A DNA stretch of 64,000 nucleotides from a virus, in the IMG/VR virus record IMGVR_UViG_2918486186_000008, positions 892-64,891 of that record. One strand, given 5' to 3'. The notes under the pieces were generated by a model, which made no database searches, had not been told where the DNA came from, and saw nothing but the letters and a program-made list of their open reading frames with translations. Below are positions 46,701 through 56,422 of the stretch, piece after piece. The position numbers were made by a program, and so were the translations under genes. How positions within the stretch are numbered: the first letter of the stretch is position 1; the number at the start of each line of letters is the position of its first letter.

Positions 46701-47143
46701 ACGCTGTGCGCGTCGCTCGTCGCGATTGCGACGTCTGCCGCAGTCACGTTCGCAAGCTCTGCATAGAGATCGTCGAAGGAGAGCTTGGCGTTGTTGTAGA
46801 AGCGCTCCTCGGAGTTGGCGAGCGACAGCAGGCGGTAGAGCGCCATCAGCCCGGCCTGGGAGAGAACATACCAGGTCACGAAGAACTCCGGCGGCGCCTT
46901 CTTGTCCTCCTTGGTCTTGCGCCAGGTGACGTCGTCCACGAGCCGGAGCCGGCAGCCGATGACGGGCTTGATCCCGGCCTTCTGCGCCTTCTGGGTCAGC
47001 TCGATCAGACTGGTCGCCGACATGGTGTCCGTCACGCCGACGGCCTTGGCGCCGGCTCCAACGGCCCGGTCCACGAGGCTCTCGATCGACAAGATGCTCT
47101 CGCCGATCGAAAAATTGGTGCGAGCCGCTAGGACCGCGTGCAT
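43736..47143 (-). CDS. dnaE: DNA polymerase III alpha subunit with a C-terminal uracil-DNA-glycosylase-like domain
   Basis: PHP ([12 protein letters not shown]), [42 protein letters not shown] and YGFNKSH; true start MHAVLAART at 47143. Confidence 0.95.
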   Translation of the reverse strand: MHAVLAARTNFSIGESILSIESLVDRAVGAGAKAVGVTDTMSATSLIELTQKAQKAGIKPVIGCRLRLVDDVTWRKTKEDKKAPPEFFVTWYVLSQAGLMALYRLLSLANSEERFYNNAKLSFDDLYAELANVTAADVAIATSDAHSVVAHKSASQILTKISDALSASNTFCTLVPIDTPYWDTQNVKALQLAEELGLPTLVAAPALYEEGSADAADIMNAVTRNVKLTEPWAWFNPVRDLHPKTLQELVRDVKAAAKRLEEFRGVPTKGRFSEGMKNTARLVDMVTFAWAKSAPSLPIMAPDEFKAVVEACTKGWHERFTAPVFGHRPSNQELKDVYQPRLRYELTVLKNLSFSGYFLLVQDVVVWAKSQGILVGPGRGSVGGSLVAYLMGITDCDPLRFELLFERFINPERIDLPDADLDFMSERRHEVFQYLIRKYGTARVAGVSNYGRLGASSAIRDVSRVFGLNEELYRCSKFVPKKHGQPVKLAEAAAEVTEIGAFAAGNPEIWDTAKKLEGCLRNLSQHAAGVVVGGVDLVERAVIERRKAPSKPKEGEEPVPDLPVVCWDKRIVEDQGLVKMDILGLNTLDLIALTLDYIRKRRGKKVDLLRIPLDEPKVLDNFARAISTGIFQFEGGGMRRLLKELGKDGTITFDDITAATALYRPGPMESGMMDSYWKRKQGIESVDYDHPLLEPVLSPTYGVFVYQEQVMKASQVIAGYSGAQADKLRKIMGKKLPEEMKKERGKFVEGCVATVDCTPEWAGLLFDKIEGFAGYGFNKSHSVEYTLISYQAMYLKTHYPVEFFAAALTLMPQDKLPGLMKDAERMGIEVDLPDINHSTNQFEIVTDTRLCMPFNRIKGISALTTEAILKARGDGAGPFKSKEDLTARVERRRCNVKHVGLLDLVGAFADIEPGQLPRRHPDRIKDQRELIPGLITAHVPISREMHRDRDSRIKILEVFADYSDGCAEDGMPVKMTTGKNMRFMVILDAPSKGEDTSGRMSYDNRGSYCVSEWVQEALDANDLSRADAYWTALIKRPKAGKQVSASEIATYGPYLAREIEILKPPVIVLLGSTTVRQFIPDFKGKASEVAGEVVYHKGLDANLVIGFAPGEIFHDASKQAKLNEVFEVAAALMSD

Positions 47144-47622
47144 GGAGATCTCCGGTTGTTGGCTTGAACTTTTCGGGTGGCCCAGACGCAGTTGCCTGGC
47201 TCGTAGGGGCCGTCGTTGTTCTTCCGCTCGATCGTCAGATTGCGCGGGCGCTCGCCCATGTCGGCGAGGAAATTCTCGAAGGTCTTCCAGTGCTCGCACA
47301 CGGTGATCCCGCGGGCGCCGTAATCCTTGTAGGACTCGTTGTTCGGGTTCGTCGTCCGCTGGATCATGTTGGACCAGCAGACGTAGGTGGGTGAGCGCTT
47401 GCTGTGCCCGTGCCGGATGGAGCGGGCGCTCGTCGCTTCGTTCTTGGCGCAGCCGCAGGACGACGTGTGACCGGACTGGAGATCCCGTCCGGCCGCCCTT
47501 GCTGAGCCGCCGCAGGTGCAAAGGCACCTCCAAGCGGCGTTGCCACCCATGACGCCGTCGCGCGCCTCTACCGTGAGGCGCCCGAAGGTCTGGCCCGTGA
47601 GATCGACCAGCCGGCCCATCAT
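47128..47622 (-). CDS. HNH-type homing endonuclease
   Basis: [12 protein letters not shown]...WRCLCTCG...[13 protein letters not shown] and [20 protein letters not shown]; overlaps the dnaE start. Confidence 0.88.
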   Translation of the reverse strand: MMGRLVDLTGQTFGRLTVEARDGVMGGNAAWRCLCTCGGSARAAGRDLQSGHTSSCGCAKNEATSARSIRHGHSKRSPTYVCWSNMIQRTTNPNNESYKDYGARGITVCEHWKTFENFLADMGERPRNLTIERKNNDGPYEPGNCVWATRKVQANNRRSPCTRS

Positions 47623-48143
47623 TCCGTCCTGAGTGTGAGGCGGCCGTTCTGCTCGATGGCTGCGCCGAGCGCGGTGAGCGCCTGGAAGGCCTGGGTCGCG
47701 TGGGCGGCTGCGGTGCCCTCGCTCCATTCGAGTTTGCGCATGAAGGCGGTCTTGAGCGTCGCCCGGTCGATGCCGGCCTTCATGTGCAGCAGCAGGTGGC
47801 AGGTGACGCGCAGGAAGGCTGGGCTCGTCGTGAACGGGTTCTCGCCGCGCGAGAGGGCGGCCGTCACCGAGATGCCGGCGCGCTCGATGCGCCCGATCAG
47901 CTCCTCGACCTTCTTGGGCAGGCCCTCGGTCAAGACGCCGGTCGCGTGCGCTTCCGTGGGACCCCGCGGGCGGGGAGGGCGCTGCGCGCGCGGCTCCTTG
48001 GGCTTGATGCCGAGCTCGGCGCGCCGCCGCGTGAGCTGCTCGGCGCCGACCTGCGCGCACTCAGCGGCGAACGGGCACGAGATGCACTCGGCCGCTTCCG
48101 CGCGATAGGCGAGGGCGAAGCCGAAGCAGCCCGGACGGAGCAT
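47619..48143 (-). CDS. hypothetical protein with an N-terminal Cys4 zinc finger
   Basis: PGCFG...[11 protein letters not shown]; perfect operator at 48146-48161 just upstream. Confidence 0.65.
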   Translation of the reverse strand: MLRPGCFGFALAYRAEAAECISCPFAAECAQVGAEQLTRRRAELGIKPKEPRAQRPPRPRGPTEAHATGVLTEGLPKKVEELIGRIERAGISVTAALSRGENPFTTSPAFLRVTCHLLLHMKAGIDRATLKTAFMRKLEWSEGTAAAHATQAFQALTALGAAIEQNGRLTLRTE

Positions 48144-48167
48144 CGAAGTCAGCACTGACTTACTTCC

Positions 48168-48794
48168 TCAGCGAAGGATCTGCCGCGCGAGGCCTTTGAC
48201 CTCGCCGTAGATGCGGTTGCGTTCGACCCGGTCCGCACCCATCAGGTCGAGGACGAGCGAGCCGGTGATGTGGCTGGGCACGCCGGTGCGGATCCCGCGG
48301 GCGTTGGCGAACTCGGCCCGGGCCTGGATCGCGGTCATCTCCTCGTAGAGCGCCGGAGGCGGGTTCGCGAGGAGCTCGACGAACTGGCGCGCCTCGGGGG
48401 AGAGGAGGGCGATGTTGCGCTCGAACTCCTGGGCGTCGCCGAGCACGTCGTCCTGGAGCGGGCTGCCGTCGGCGATCACCTCGTGCAGGTCGGAGCCGTC
48501 CTCGTCGCCGTGATCCTCGTCGAGGTCGAGGGCGTTGGAGTGGCCGATCTGCCGGTCGATCCAGGCGTTGATGTGGTTGCGCATGCCGAGCTGGAGGTAG
48601 GCCCCGAACGGCACGCCCTTGGTCGGGTCGAACTTGTCCCGGGCGATCACCCAGGCGAGCGACAGCTCCGAGACCAAGTCGGCCAGGAGCACGGTGCGCG
48701 CGCCGGCCGCGTGCGCCCGCTTCAGGTAGCGGTAGGCGGACCGCTCGACGACCTTGCTCCAGTCGCCCCATTGGATCGGGTGGGTGTCGCGCAT
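48168..48794 (-). CDS. phage-encoded sigma70-like factor (putative)
   Basis: Region-2-like DLVSELSLAWVIARDKFDPTKGVPFGAYL..GMRNHI; region-4-like C-terminal HTH. Confidence 0.65.
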   Translation of the reverse strand: MRDTHPIQWGDWSKVVERSAYRYLKRAHAAGARTVLLADLVSELSLAWVIARDKFDPTKGVPFGAYLQLGMRNHINAWIDRQIGHSNALDLDEDHGDEDGSDLHEVIADGSPLQDDVLGDAQEFERNIALLSPEARQFVELLANPPPALYEEMTAIQARAEFANARGIRTGVPSHITGSLVLDLMGADRVERNRIYGEVKGLARQILR

Positions 48795-48798
48795 GGCG

Positions 48799-50025
48799 TT
48801 ACCCGAAGTAGCGCTGCGCGAGCTGGGAGGCGGCCTCGCGGTCGACCCGGCTCATGCGGTTCATGAAGCCCTGGCGCAGGCCGGCCGAGTAGTCGGCGCC
48901 GCGCATCACGCCGAGCCGGCCCGCGGTGATGAGCTCGCGGGGCGAGATCGTCATGCCGATCCGGCCGCCCTTGAACGCCTCGCGGATGTCGTTGGCGAAC
49001 TTCACCAGCTTGGCGGCATCGTCCTTCTTCACGCGCGCCTGGCTGACGATGACGGCCGTCTCCACGTCGGGCTCCATGTAGGGAACCTCCTCGACGATGT
49101 GCATGCGGGAGTAGTTCGCGGCGTTCTGGATCTGGGTGCCCTGGTAGAGACCCGTTTCGTCTCCGCCACCGTTGGTGTTGCCGGTCGCCACGAAGCGGAA
49201 GTTCTTGTGCGGGCGGATCACCCGCATGTCGGGCGGCGCGTCCTTGATGAACAGCGGCTTGCCCTCGAGGATCGGCTGGTAGACCGACAGGACCGAGGGG
49301 AGGGCGAAGTCATACTCGTCGGCGCAGTAGACGTAGCCGTTGAGCATGGCGATCGTGAGCGGGCCGGGCTGAAACACGGTCTCGGTGGAGAGCACCGCGA
49401 TGTCCTCGCCGGTCGCCTGGTTCTTCGTGACGCGCTCGACCGCCTGGACGACATACTGCCCGACGATGTGCGCCTCTTCGGTGTTGGCGGTGTGCTGGAC
49501 CCGCATGAACGGCCGCTTGGTGCGGGCGCAGACTTGCTCGAAGGCGGTGGTCTTGCCGGTGCCGTGAAAGCCCCAGAAGTAGACGTTCATGCCCATCTCG
49601 AGGCCCATGAGCGCCGTCTTCACCAGGTCGAGGTTGAACACGTAGTTCGGGTCGACGTCCGGCACGAGGGCGAGCGCCTCGGCGTCGTGGCCCTTCATCA
49701 CCGAGATCAGGATCGGCTCGCCGCGCTTGTTCTTGGTCGCGGGCACGTCGCCGGTCTCGAACACGGCCGCCAGCGGCATTTTGTCCACGAGCTGTGTGAC
49801 GGTGCCGTCCTCGGCGGCCTTCTTCTGCTCCACGAGGCGCTCCTTCTGACGCTTCTCGGCGGCCGGCGACAGCAGCGGCGCGTCGGGGTAGGTGGCGCGG
49901 TAGCGCTCCACCGTCCATTCGGGGTGGTGCGTCTTCAGGTGCGCCTGGATGACATGGACGCGGGCCCCGTCGAGCAGGCACTCGATCTTGCCGTCGGACA
50001 GGGCTGCGGGGGCGGGCGTGTTCAT
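48799..50025 (-). CDS. MoxR/CobS-like AAA+ ATPase with an N-terminal C2H2-like finger
   Basis: GFHGTGKTT, CADEYD and FVATGNT motifs; N-terminal IECLLDG...IQAHLKTHH. Confidence 0.88.
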   Translation of the reverse strand: MNTPAPAALSDGKIECLLDGARVHVIQAHLKTHHPEWTVERYRATYPDAPLLSPAAEKRQKERLVEQKKAAEDGTVTQLVDKMPLAAVFETGDVPATKNKRGEPILISVMKGHDAEALALVPDVDPNYVFNLDLVKTALMGLEMGMNVYFWGFHGTGKTTAFEQVCARTKRPFMRVQHTANTEEAHIVGQYVVQAVERVTKNQATGEDIAVLSTETVFQPGPLTIAMLNGYVYCADEYDFALPSVLSVYQPILEGKPLFIKDAPPDMRVIRPHKNFRFVATGNTNGGGDETGLYQGTQIQNAANYSRMHIVEEVPYMEPDVETAVIVSQARVKKDDAAKLVKFANDIREAFKGGRIGMTISPRELITAGRLGVMRGADYSAGLRQGFMNRMSRVDREAASQLAQRYFG

Positions 50026-50151
50026 CGGGTGGAACTCTCCTGGGTTGTGCGCTGGGTGCGCTCTCTGTGTGCGAGTCAGTTATCGCTGATCTCGTCGAGG
50101 GACACAAGTCAGTCCTGACTTACATTTCGGGGTCCCGCGACGATCCGGCTG

Positions 50152-52542
50152 TCAGCTCAGCAGGATCCGCTTGAGCTCGCCCATCACGCACTTCGGCAGG
50201 TCGGCCGCGTTGTTCAGGAGCGCGAACTTGGGGAAGTAGTGCCGCGGCGCGTCGGTCAGGATGCCGATGCCGACGGTCTCGATGCCGCGCGCCTCGACCG
50301 CCTTCACCGTCTCCTTGAGGTGCTTGCGCAGCGCGGGCACGTCGCCGTCGGCGACCGGGTTGCCGTCGGACAGCACCAGGAGGACCTTGCGGGTCTCCTT
50401 GCGCCGCAGCAGGCGGTAGGCGGCGTATTCGAGGCTCTCGCCGTCGACGTTCGAGCCCATGAAGTCCTGGTGCGGGGCGGCCGCGAACCGGCGCTTGATC
50501 TCGGAGGTCAGCCGTTCGTCGAAGCCCTTGTAGACGGGCATGTAGATCGGCTCGTAGCGGGTGTAGGGGATCCCGGCGGCGATCGCGGCCTCGTGCGCCT
50601 CCTTGATCTCCTTGCCCCAGGGGTGCCACTTCGTGGTGAAGCCGAGCACCTCGTGCTGGATCCCGACCCGCTCGAGGGTGGTCGAGAGCGCGTAGCCCGC
50701 CTCCATCGCGGTCTGGACCTTGATGCCTTCCATCGACCCGGAGTTGTCGATCAGGAGGCCGACGGCGACGTCCTTGCTCACGTTGACGTGGAGCCGGCGG
50801 AACACGCGGTCGTCGCCCGCGGCCAGGCGGTGCAGGCCGGCCGTGTGCAGGCGGCCCGAGCGGAAGCCCGGGACCTTCACGCTCTGAGAGCGCGCGGCCA
50901 TCATGCGCTGGATCTCCTTCTGCATCACGCCGACCGACTGGCGCGTGCGGTCGTCGAGCGCCGTCAGCCAGGCGTCCTGGTAGTTCTCCATGTCTGTTGG
51001 GAATGGCTCGATGACGTCGAAGTCCTTGGTGTAGATACGGTAGGCGGCGCTCGCGGTCATGTCGCGGGCCTCCTCGCCGATCTTGGCGGCGATCGCGTCG
51101 TCGTAGTCGACAGCGCCACCAACCAGCAGGACCGGGCCGCCGGCGTTCGGGTCGTCGTTGCCCTCGCCCTCGGCGTCCTCGTCGTGCTGCTCTACCGGAC
51201 CCTGGTCGCCGGCCGTGTCTTCCTCGCCCGCATCAGCGCCGCCCGCTGCATCGCCTTCACCGTCCGCAGCCTCCCCATCAGCCTCGTCCGATCCGTCGCC
51301 GCCCTCGCCGTCGGCGTCAGCGGTCTCACTAGGCTCATCGTCGCCGTGATCGTCCTCATCATCGTGCTCACCGGAAGCGCCAGAGGCTCCGACCTCGCCT
51401 TCCTCCTCGCCACGATCTCCTTCCTGATCGTCGCCATCTTCCACGGGCGAACCGGCACCATCGTCCTCAGACGCAGGTTCCTCGCCCTTATCGGCATCAT
51501 CGCCATCATCGGCGGCGCCATCGCTCGGCTCGCCGGTATCGTCCTGGCCCTCGAGCTCGCCTTCGCCAGCCGCCCCTTCGCCGGGTTCGTCGTCCTCGGT
51601 CTCGGGTGCCTCGTCTCCACCAGCCTCATCGCCCGAAGCGTCAGCATCCTCGTCCTTGTCCTCCTCGCCAGCGTCGTCGCTCTCACCGGGCTTGCCAGCG
51701 TCCGACTGCTCGTCCTTCGGCTCCTCGGCCGGACCCTTACCCTCGTCCTCGGGCGTGTCACCCTCGCCGCCGTTCCCACCCTGCGGCTCGTTCTCGGGCT
51801 GCTCCTCGGGCTGCTCCTCATCCTCGCTCGAGGGCGGGGGAGGGGGCGGCGCGGGCATCTTGGGAGCGGGCGGGGGCGGCGGCGCCTTCAGGGCCTCGCT
51901 GATGCGCTTGGCGAGCTCGAAGCACTCCCAGGTGCTCTTGAGCTTGGCGACCTCGGCGACGAACGGCGCGAGGCGCTTGAACTTCGGCCCGAGCTCCGGG
52001 TGAGCCTCGAAGGCGCCGGCCTCCATGAACTCCTGGAACAGCCGCTGGCCGGAGTAGGCGCGGAAGGCGGGAACGAACAGCGCCGAGAACGCGGTGTCGA
52101 CGTCGCCCTTGGCGAGCGCTGCCGTGTAGACCGGCGTGGTAATGTCGGAGATGAAGAAGCGGTGGAGCTGCTGGAGGTTAAAGCCCGAGCCCGCGAAGCG
52201 CCGGGACATCTGGCGCTCGATGAAGGTGTCCTCAAGGGTGTTCCAGATCGCGCGCAGGTGGGGGAAGTCCCTCTGCGCCTTGTCAATCGCGGCATGCACC
52301 GAGAAGTCGGTCTCGAGGATGTGGGCGACCTCGTGGTCGATGAAGCCTTGGATCGCGAGGATCAGCTCCTTGCTCGCGTTGTCCGGCAGGTAGGGGATGT
52401 TGACCACCTCGGGCTTGTGGGTGGCCCGGTTGGTGCCGACGAACGCCTTGGTGCCCCGCTGCGTTACCTTGAGACCCATCCCGGCGAGGAGCTGGGTGAC
52501 TTTCACCACAACCTCTCGCAGGATCCGCACCTCGTCATTCAT
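50152..52542 (-). CDS. CobT-like VWA domain protein with a long acidic linker
   Basis: DHEVAH (HExxH-like), LLIDNSGSM MIDAS motif, N.DGESL and LVLSDGNP. Confidence 0.88.
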   Translation of the reverse strand: MNDEVRILREVVVKVTQLLAGMGLKVTQRGTKAFVGTNRATHKPEVVNIPYLPDNASKELILAIQGFIDHEVAHILETDFSVHAAIDKAQRDFPHLRAIWNTLEDTFIERQMSRRFAGSGFNLQQLHRFFISDITTPVYTAALAKGDVDTAFSALFVPAFRAYSGQRLFQEFMEAGAFEAHPELGPKFKRLAPFVAEVAKLKSTWECFELAKRISEALKAPPPPPAPKMPAPPPPPPSSEDEEQPEEQPENEPQGGNGGEGDTPEDEGKGPAEEPKDEQSDAGKPGESDDAGEEDKDEDADASGDEAGGDEAPETEDDEPGEGAAGEGELEGQDDTGEPSDGAADDGDDADKGEEPASEDDGAGSPVEDGDDQEGDRGEEEGEVGASGASGEHDDEDDHGDDEPSETADADGEGGDGSDEADGEAADGEGDAAGGADAGEEDTAGDQGPVEQHDEDAEGEGNDDPNAGGPVLLVGGAVDYDDAIAAKIGEEARDMTASAAYRIYTKDFDVIEPFPTDMENYQDAWLTALDDRTRQSVGVMQKEIQRMMAARSQSVKVPGFRSGRLHTAGLHRLAAGDDRVFRRLHVNVSKDVAVGLLIDNSGSMEGIKVQTAMEAGYALSTTLERVGIQHEVLGFTTKWHPWGKEIKEAHEAAIAAGIPYTRYEPIYMPVYKGFDERLTSEIKRRFAAAPHQDFMGSNVDGESLEYAAYRLLRRKETRKVLLVLSDGNPVADGDVPALRKHLKETVKAVEARGIETVGIGILTDAPRHYFPKFALLNNAADLPKCVMGELKRILLS

Positions 52543-52597
52543 AAGTTGTCTCTCCAAGTCAGTAGTGACTTACTACTGTATAGACGACGTAAATTGG

Positions 52598-52846
52598 TTA
52601 CGCGAATGGAATGATAGACGCAGATGCGTCCGAGATCATGATGATACAGCGGCCGTAGACTGGATGAACACCGCTGTGGAGTTCGGTCTGGCCGACGTTG
52701 GTGAAATTCTGTTCCCGCAGGAGTGCAACCTGCTCGAGGGCGTCAATCTGATCCACTTTGTGGATCACCGGGTTGAACTCCTCGGCCAGGATCTCGATCG
52801 CCGGAGGCGTCGGGATGAGGTTCAGGATCTCGTTGGACGTCTTCAT
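52598..52846 (-). CDS. hypothetical protein
   Basis: 82-aa ORF; operator variant at 52872-52887 upstream. Confidence 0.5.
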   Translation of the reverse strand: MKTSNEILNLIPTPPAIEILAEEFNPVIHKVDQIDALEQVALLREQNFTNVGQTELHSGVHPVYGRCIIMISDASASIIPFA

Positions 52847-52977
52847 CGCTTCCGCCTATTCCCAGGGACATGAGTCATTGCTGACTTGCTATACGCGTCA
52901 AAAATTGAGCCACCCTTTTGGGCGGCTGGCTGGCATTCCGATGTCGCGCCCGGACCGGGCGCGGTTGCGTATATGGT

Positions 52978-53478
52978 TTAGAGCGACTTCGGCACTGGGG
53001 AGACGCCCCGGCGGTCTTTAACTCGGAACAGGTCTCCGACGGCCTCGAGCTGCTCCTCGGTCGGATCAACGTCCGCGCCGCCGGTCGCCTGCCGGATCGC
53101 GCTCACGACCTTCATCTCCCCGGCCGAGACCAAGTTAGGGAAAATCTTGTCGATTTCAGCCGCGCTTATCGGCATATCGGGCTGCTGAGCGGCTAGACGG
53201 AAGAAGAAGCTCGGGTCGCAGCGTAGCGCCTTGGCCAGCACGAGGGTCTTATTCAGCGGCACCTTCGTTTCGCCGCGCTTAAACATGGAAAGAATGTTCG
53301 GCTTGTCGTAGCCGGCGGCGAGTGCGATCTCCCGCTGATTTATGCCAAGATCACCGAGGCTGTCGATCTGATTTCGCAGATACACAGCCATCGTCGTGTT
53401 TTCATACGGGCGCTGAACTGGCTTCGTCGTCAAATTTTTTGTCTCCTGAACTGCTATGGTTGCTCGGTTGATCACCAT
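52978..53478 (-). CDS. XRE/Cro-C1 HTH repressor (candidate master repressor)
   Basis: NQREIALAAGYDKPNILSMFKRGETKVPL...LAKALRCDP; own promoter 53527-53548 and operator 53596-53611. Confidence 0.8.
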   Translation of the reverse strand: MVINRATIAVQETKNLTTKPVQRPYENTTMAVYLRNQIDSLGDLGINQREIALAAGYDKPNILSMFKRGETKVPLNKTLVLAKALRCDPSFFFRLAAQQPDMPISAAEIDKIFPNLVSAGEMKVVSAIRQATGGADVDPTEEQLEAVGDLFRVKDRRGVSPVPKSL

Positions 53479-53764
53479 TGTATGATCGCTTCGGTTTCGA
53501 TTTTCTCGATGCTCTTGCGATCTCGATATAGCAGCTCGAGCTCGGGTTGCGATGCAGGTATCGCGCCGGAGTCTACAAGCCTGAATTTCACGGATAAGTC
53601 AACACTGACTTAGGTTGTGCCTAATAAAATTTCTGTGTCATGCCATCTGTAGCCCTAGCCTGACGCTTCGGGTATGCGACTCGTAGCGCCCGGTGGTGTT
53701 AAGGTGGCCTAGCGAAGGCCCCGAATCAAATTGCCACCTGGGGTTGTTAGAATTTTACTGAAGG

Positions 53765-54151
53765 TTGATCTGCTTGCGGCTGCAAGGTTGTCAGATCCGC
53801 ATGGCGCGCGCCGCGCTGCGGTTATCGCTTACTGAATTGGCCGAGTGCTCAGGTGTCAGCGAAAAGACCATACGACGATGTGAAGCAGTAGACGGCCAGC
53901 CGCCGGTCGCGGACCATTCCCTCGGACTGATCGGCAAGGCGCTGAACGACCGCGGGGTGCGGTTCATGGAAGGCCGTGGTCGACAATGGGGACCGGGCTG
54001 CATTCTGGACTGGAACCCCGAGATGGGCGACCGCCCCGAGGTTCATGCGCTAATTGCGCGGGAAGGGGATCCCGATGCCGGTGGGGCGAAACTACCATGG
54101 CCGCCGCTGCCCAGACCGAAACCTCCGTCGAAGTTCGGACCGAAACGTTAA
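53765..54151 (+). CDS. XRE-family HTH regulator
   Basis: QIRMARAALRLSLTELAECSGVSEKTIRRCE...GVRF; start uncertain. Confidence 0.75.
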   Translation: MICLRLQGCQIRMARAALRLSLTELAECSGVSEKTIRRCEAVDGQPPVADHSLGLIGKALNDRGVRFMEGRGRQWGPGCILDWNPEMGDRPEVHALIAREGDPDAGGAKLPWPPLPRPKPPSKFGPKR

Positions 54152-54622
54152 CGCCTTGGCACACAGTCCTAAAAATCGTTCGCTTCGCGTTATGGAACCC
54201 GTTTTCCGGGTGAGAGGTTCGATATTCCCTGGCGCTCTCTGTAATCGCAATCTCAGTCACACAGTGCGGAAGGGGCGTTAGGTTCCATAATTTAGCTTAT
54301 GCGAATGGCAGGCCCTGAAACACGAAAGGCCGGCTGCGAGTGAGGGGCACCCATCGCAGCCGGCCTTCCTGAAGCGTTCTGGGCACGGTCGAAGAGCCCG
54401 AACGGCCTTAGAGAACCACGATACCGCATAGCTTGTCCAGGCCTGCGGCATGGCGTTCACCTGCGCGAACACCCGCTCCGGCCGGGGGTTCCAAAAGGCG
54501 CCGGTAGATAAATCACCGCTGACTTCTCTTGCGTCCCCGGTCCATTTTCCGGTAGCCCTTGCGTCAGCCGAGAGAATCGGTCCACGACTCGTAACGCGCT
54601 ACGAGTCGCGCCACACAGGAGG

Positions 54623-54832
54623 ATGCTGATGCCCAACATGGCGTCTCAAGCCCGGGTCAAACGCTTGCGCGAGCAGCGAAAGGCCTCCGGCGAGGTCGAG
54701 ACGAACGTGTGGGTGCCGGCACACCTGCGATCGGCGATCGACCGCGCCGTCGAGGCGGGCAAGTTCCCGAACCGGCGTCTGGCGATCGTCCACGCGCTCG
54801 AAGCGACGTTCTCGGAGACCAAGCAGATGTAA
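54623..54832 (+). CDS. small ribbon-helix-helix (CopG/ParG-like) protein
   Basis: RVKRLREQRKASG.VETNVWVP...AIDRAV...NRRLAIVHAL; directly upstream of repC. Confidence 0.6.
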   Translation: MLMPNMASQARVKRLREQRKASGEVETNVWVPAHLRSAIDRAVEAGKFPNRRLAIVHALEATFSETKQM

Positions 54833-54837
54833 CCGGC

Positions 54838-54920
54838 AAAGCAAAGGCCCCGGAGCTGGGGAGCTCCGAGGCCTTGGATCTTCATACCGGTCCGGGGAAG
54901 GGCCGCCACAAAGTGATTCG
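54838..54920 (-). ncRNA. counter-transcribed RNA (ctRNA/incA-like) upstream of repC
   Basis: TTGACG-N17-TACAAA promoter (54927-54955) on the minus strand; terminator hairpin AAGGCCTCGGAGCT-CCC-AGCTCCGGGGCCTT followed by T residues. Confidence 0.6.
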
Positions 54921-55007
54921 CACCTCTTTGTAGCCCTCCCCCAGATCGCCGTCAATGACACCCTCTCGGGTGAACGATCCCGCTTTGCCTCCAGGAGGAG
55001 GTGGAAG

Positions 55008-56138
55008 GTGGAGACGGTTCATTCCGGTGGCCGGCCGCTCACGCGCGCCGCGCTCGCCGGTCGGAGACGTGCGCTCGAGGACGGGCGAACGATCTCCCGC
55101 AAGGAGCTCGCGGCCGCCGGCCGGGATGCGGCCAAGGCCTTGCGCCTGCGCCCTGCCCTGCGCGCGATCCTGTCGGCGCTCTGTGCCGTGTGGGGCGAGC
55201 AGGAGTGGGAGCGCCTGGTGGTGTGGCCCTCGAACGAGCACCTGTGCGGGATGACAGGCCTGTCCGAGCGCGCGCTGCGCTACGGGCTGCGCGACCTGGT
55301 CGCCCTGGAGCTCGTCACGCCCCGCGACAGCGCGAACGGGAAGCGCTTCGCTGTGCGCGCCCCGGGTGGGGCGATCATCGACGCTTTCGGGTTCGACCTG
55401 ACCCCGATCGTGGCGCGAAAGGGCGAATGGGCGAATGCTCTCATGGAAGCGACCGTGAGAGATGACCACCGGCGGCGTTCGTTCGAGATTTTGACCGTCC
55501 GACGCCGGGCGGTGGCCGAGGCGCTCCACGGGCTTCTAATGCGATTTCCTCAGATTGAGGTCTCCGATCTGCTCGCGGCGCGCGAGTCCCTGGAGTTCGA
55601 CACACCCAGGCGGCGAGCGGCCGGCACCGACCCGGACCTGGTGCTCGAGGCCTGGGGAGAGCTGCAGGTCATGGCAGAGGAACGCTTCTATCAAGCCGCC
55701 TCTGCCGGCAATTCCGGCCGGCACATAGAACAAGACCCCGATGCTCCTACCGATCCTTGTGCAAACGGCTCTCAAGAGGAGCCTGGGCCGATCCGTCTGC
55801 CCGACGCCGAGCTCGTCGCGGCCGCCTGCCCTGTCGCGGCCGAGATGGTTGCGAATCTCAAGACCGCGGCGGACGTCATCGAGGCCGGGCGCCTGATGCG
55901 GGGCGGGATCGGGGCGCACCCGTCGGCCTGGTCGGAGGCGTGCGAATCTCTCGGCGCGTTCCGCGCCGCCTGCCTGGTGCTGATCGTCGCCCAGCTCCAC
56001 GACGACGAGACGCGCCGCGGTGAGATTCGCATCAAGAACCCGGGCGGCTACTTCCGGCAGCTCGTGCGTTTAGCCGTAAACGGTCGCTACGGGCTCGAGG
56101 CCGAGCTCATGGCGATGCGTCGCAGGAAAATGACTTGA
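55008..56138 (+). CDS. repC: plasmid replication initiator RepC
   Basis: VVWPSNEHL, RDSANGKRF, AFGFDLTP and IKNPGGYFRQL motifs of repABC-type RepC. Confidence 0.92.
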   Translation: METVHSGGRPLTRAALAGRRRALEDGRTISRKELAAAGRDAAKALRLRPALRAILSALCAVWGEQEWERLVVWPSNEHLCGMTGLSERALRYGLRDLVALELVTPRDSANGKRFAVRAPGGAIIDAFGFDLTPIVARKGEWANALMEATVRDDHRRRSFEILTVRRRAVAEALHGLLMRFPQIEVSDLLAARESLEFDTPRRRAAGTDPDLVLEAWGELQVMAEERFYQAASAGNSGRHIEQDPDAPTDPCANGSQEEPGPIRLPDAELVAAACPVAAEMVANLKTAADVIEAGRLMRGGIGAHPSAWSEACESLGAFRAACLVLIVAQLHDDETRRGEIRIKNPGGYFRQLVRLAVNGRYGLEAELMAMRRRKMT

Positions 56139-56147
56139 GGGCTAGGT

Positions 56148-56333
56148 ATGAAGGAGCGAAAGAAAGAAGATCTGGCGCTCCAGATCAGCGTCATGGTGCT
56201 CGCCACCCATCTGCGTGAGAAGGCGCCAGAGGACTACCACGAGATGATCGAAGAGGCGTTCAAGAAGCTCAAGCCTCTTGAGGAACACGATGATGTCGGC
56301 GCCGACATCATCGCGCGGCCAAGCACTACTTGA
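56148..56333 (+). CDS. small hypothetical protein
   Basis: 61-aa ORF after repC. Confidence 0.5.
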   Translation: MKERKKEDLALQISVMVLATHLREKAPEDYHEMIEEAFKKLKPLEEHDDVGADIIARPSTT

Positions 56334-56377
56334 CCGAGGAGCCCGGCAAGGAGTCGTAGTCGCGAGCGTTCGACAGC

Positions 56378-56402
56378 AAAAAGGCGGCCCGAGGGCCGCC
56401 TT
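56378..56402. terminator. intrinsic terminator between convergent genes
   Basis: AAAAAGGCGGCC-CGAG-GGCCGCCTT. Confidence 0.7.
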
Positions 56403-56422
56403 GAGATTCGCATCAGTTCGGG

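Noticed and set aside
47144-47533. N-terminal 130-aa extension of dnaE in the ORF track
   Set aside because: It overlaps the HNH gene in another frame; the PHP domain starts at MHAVLAART (47143).
51100-51900. Low-complexity acidic stretch in the VWA gene as a repeat element
   Set aside because: It is an ordinary disordered D/E/G-rich linker typical of CobT-like proteins, with no DNA-level periodicity.
48799-52542. Cobalamin biosynthesis (cobS/cobT) role
   Set aside because: No cobN or other cob genes are present; phage CobS/CobT-like pairs are generic MoxR AAA+/VWA proteins.
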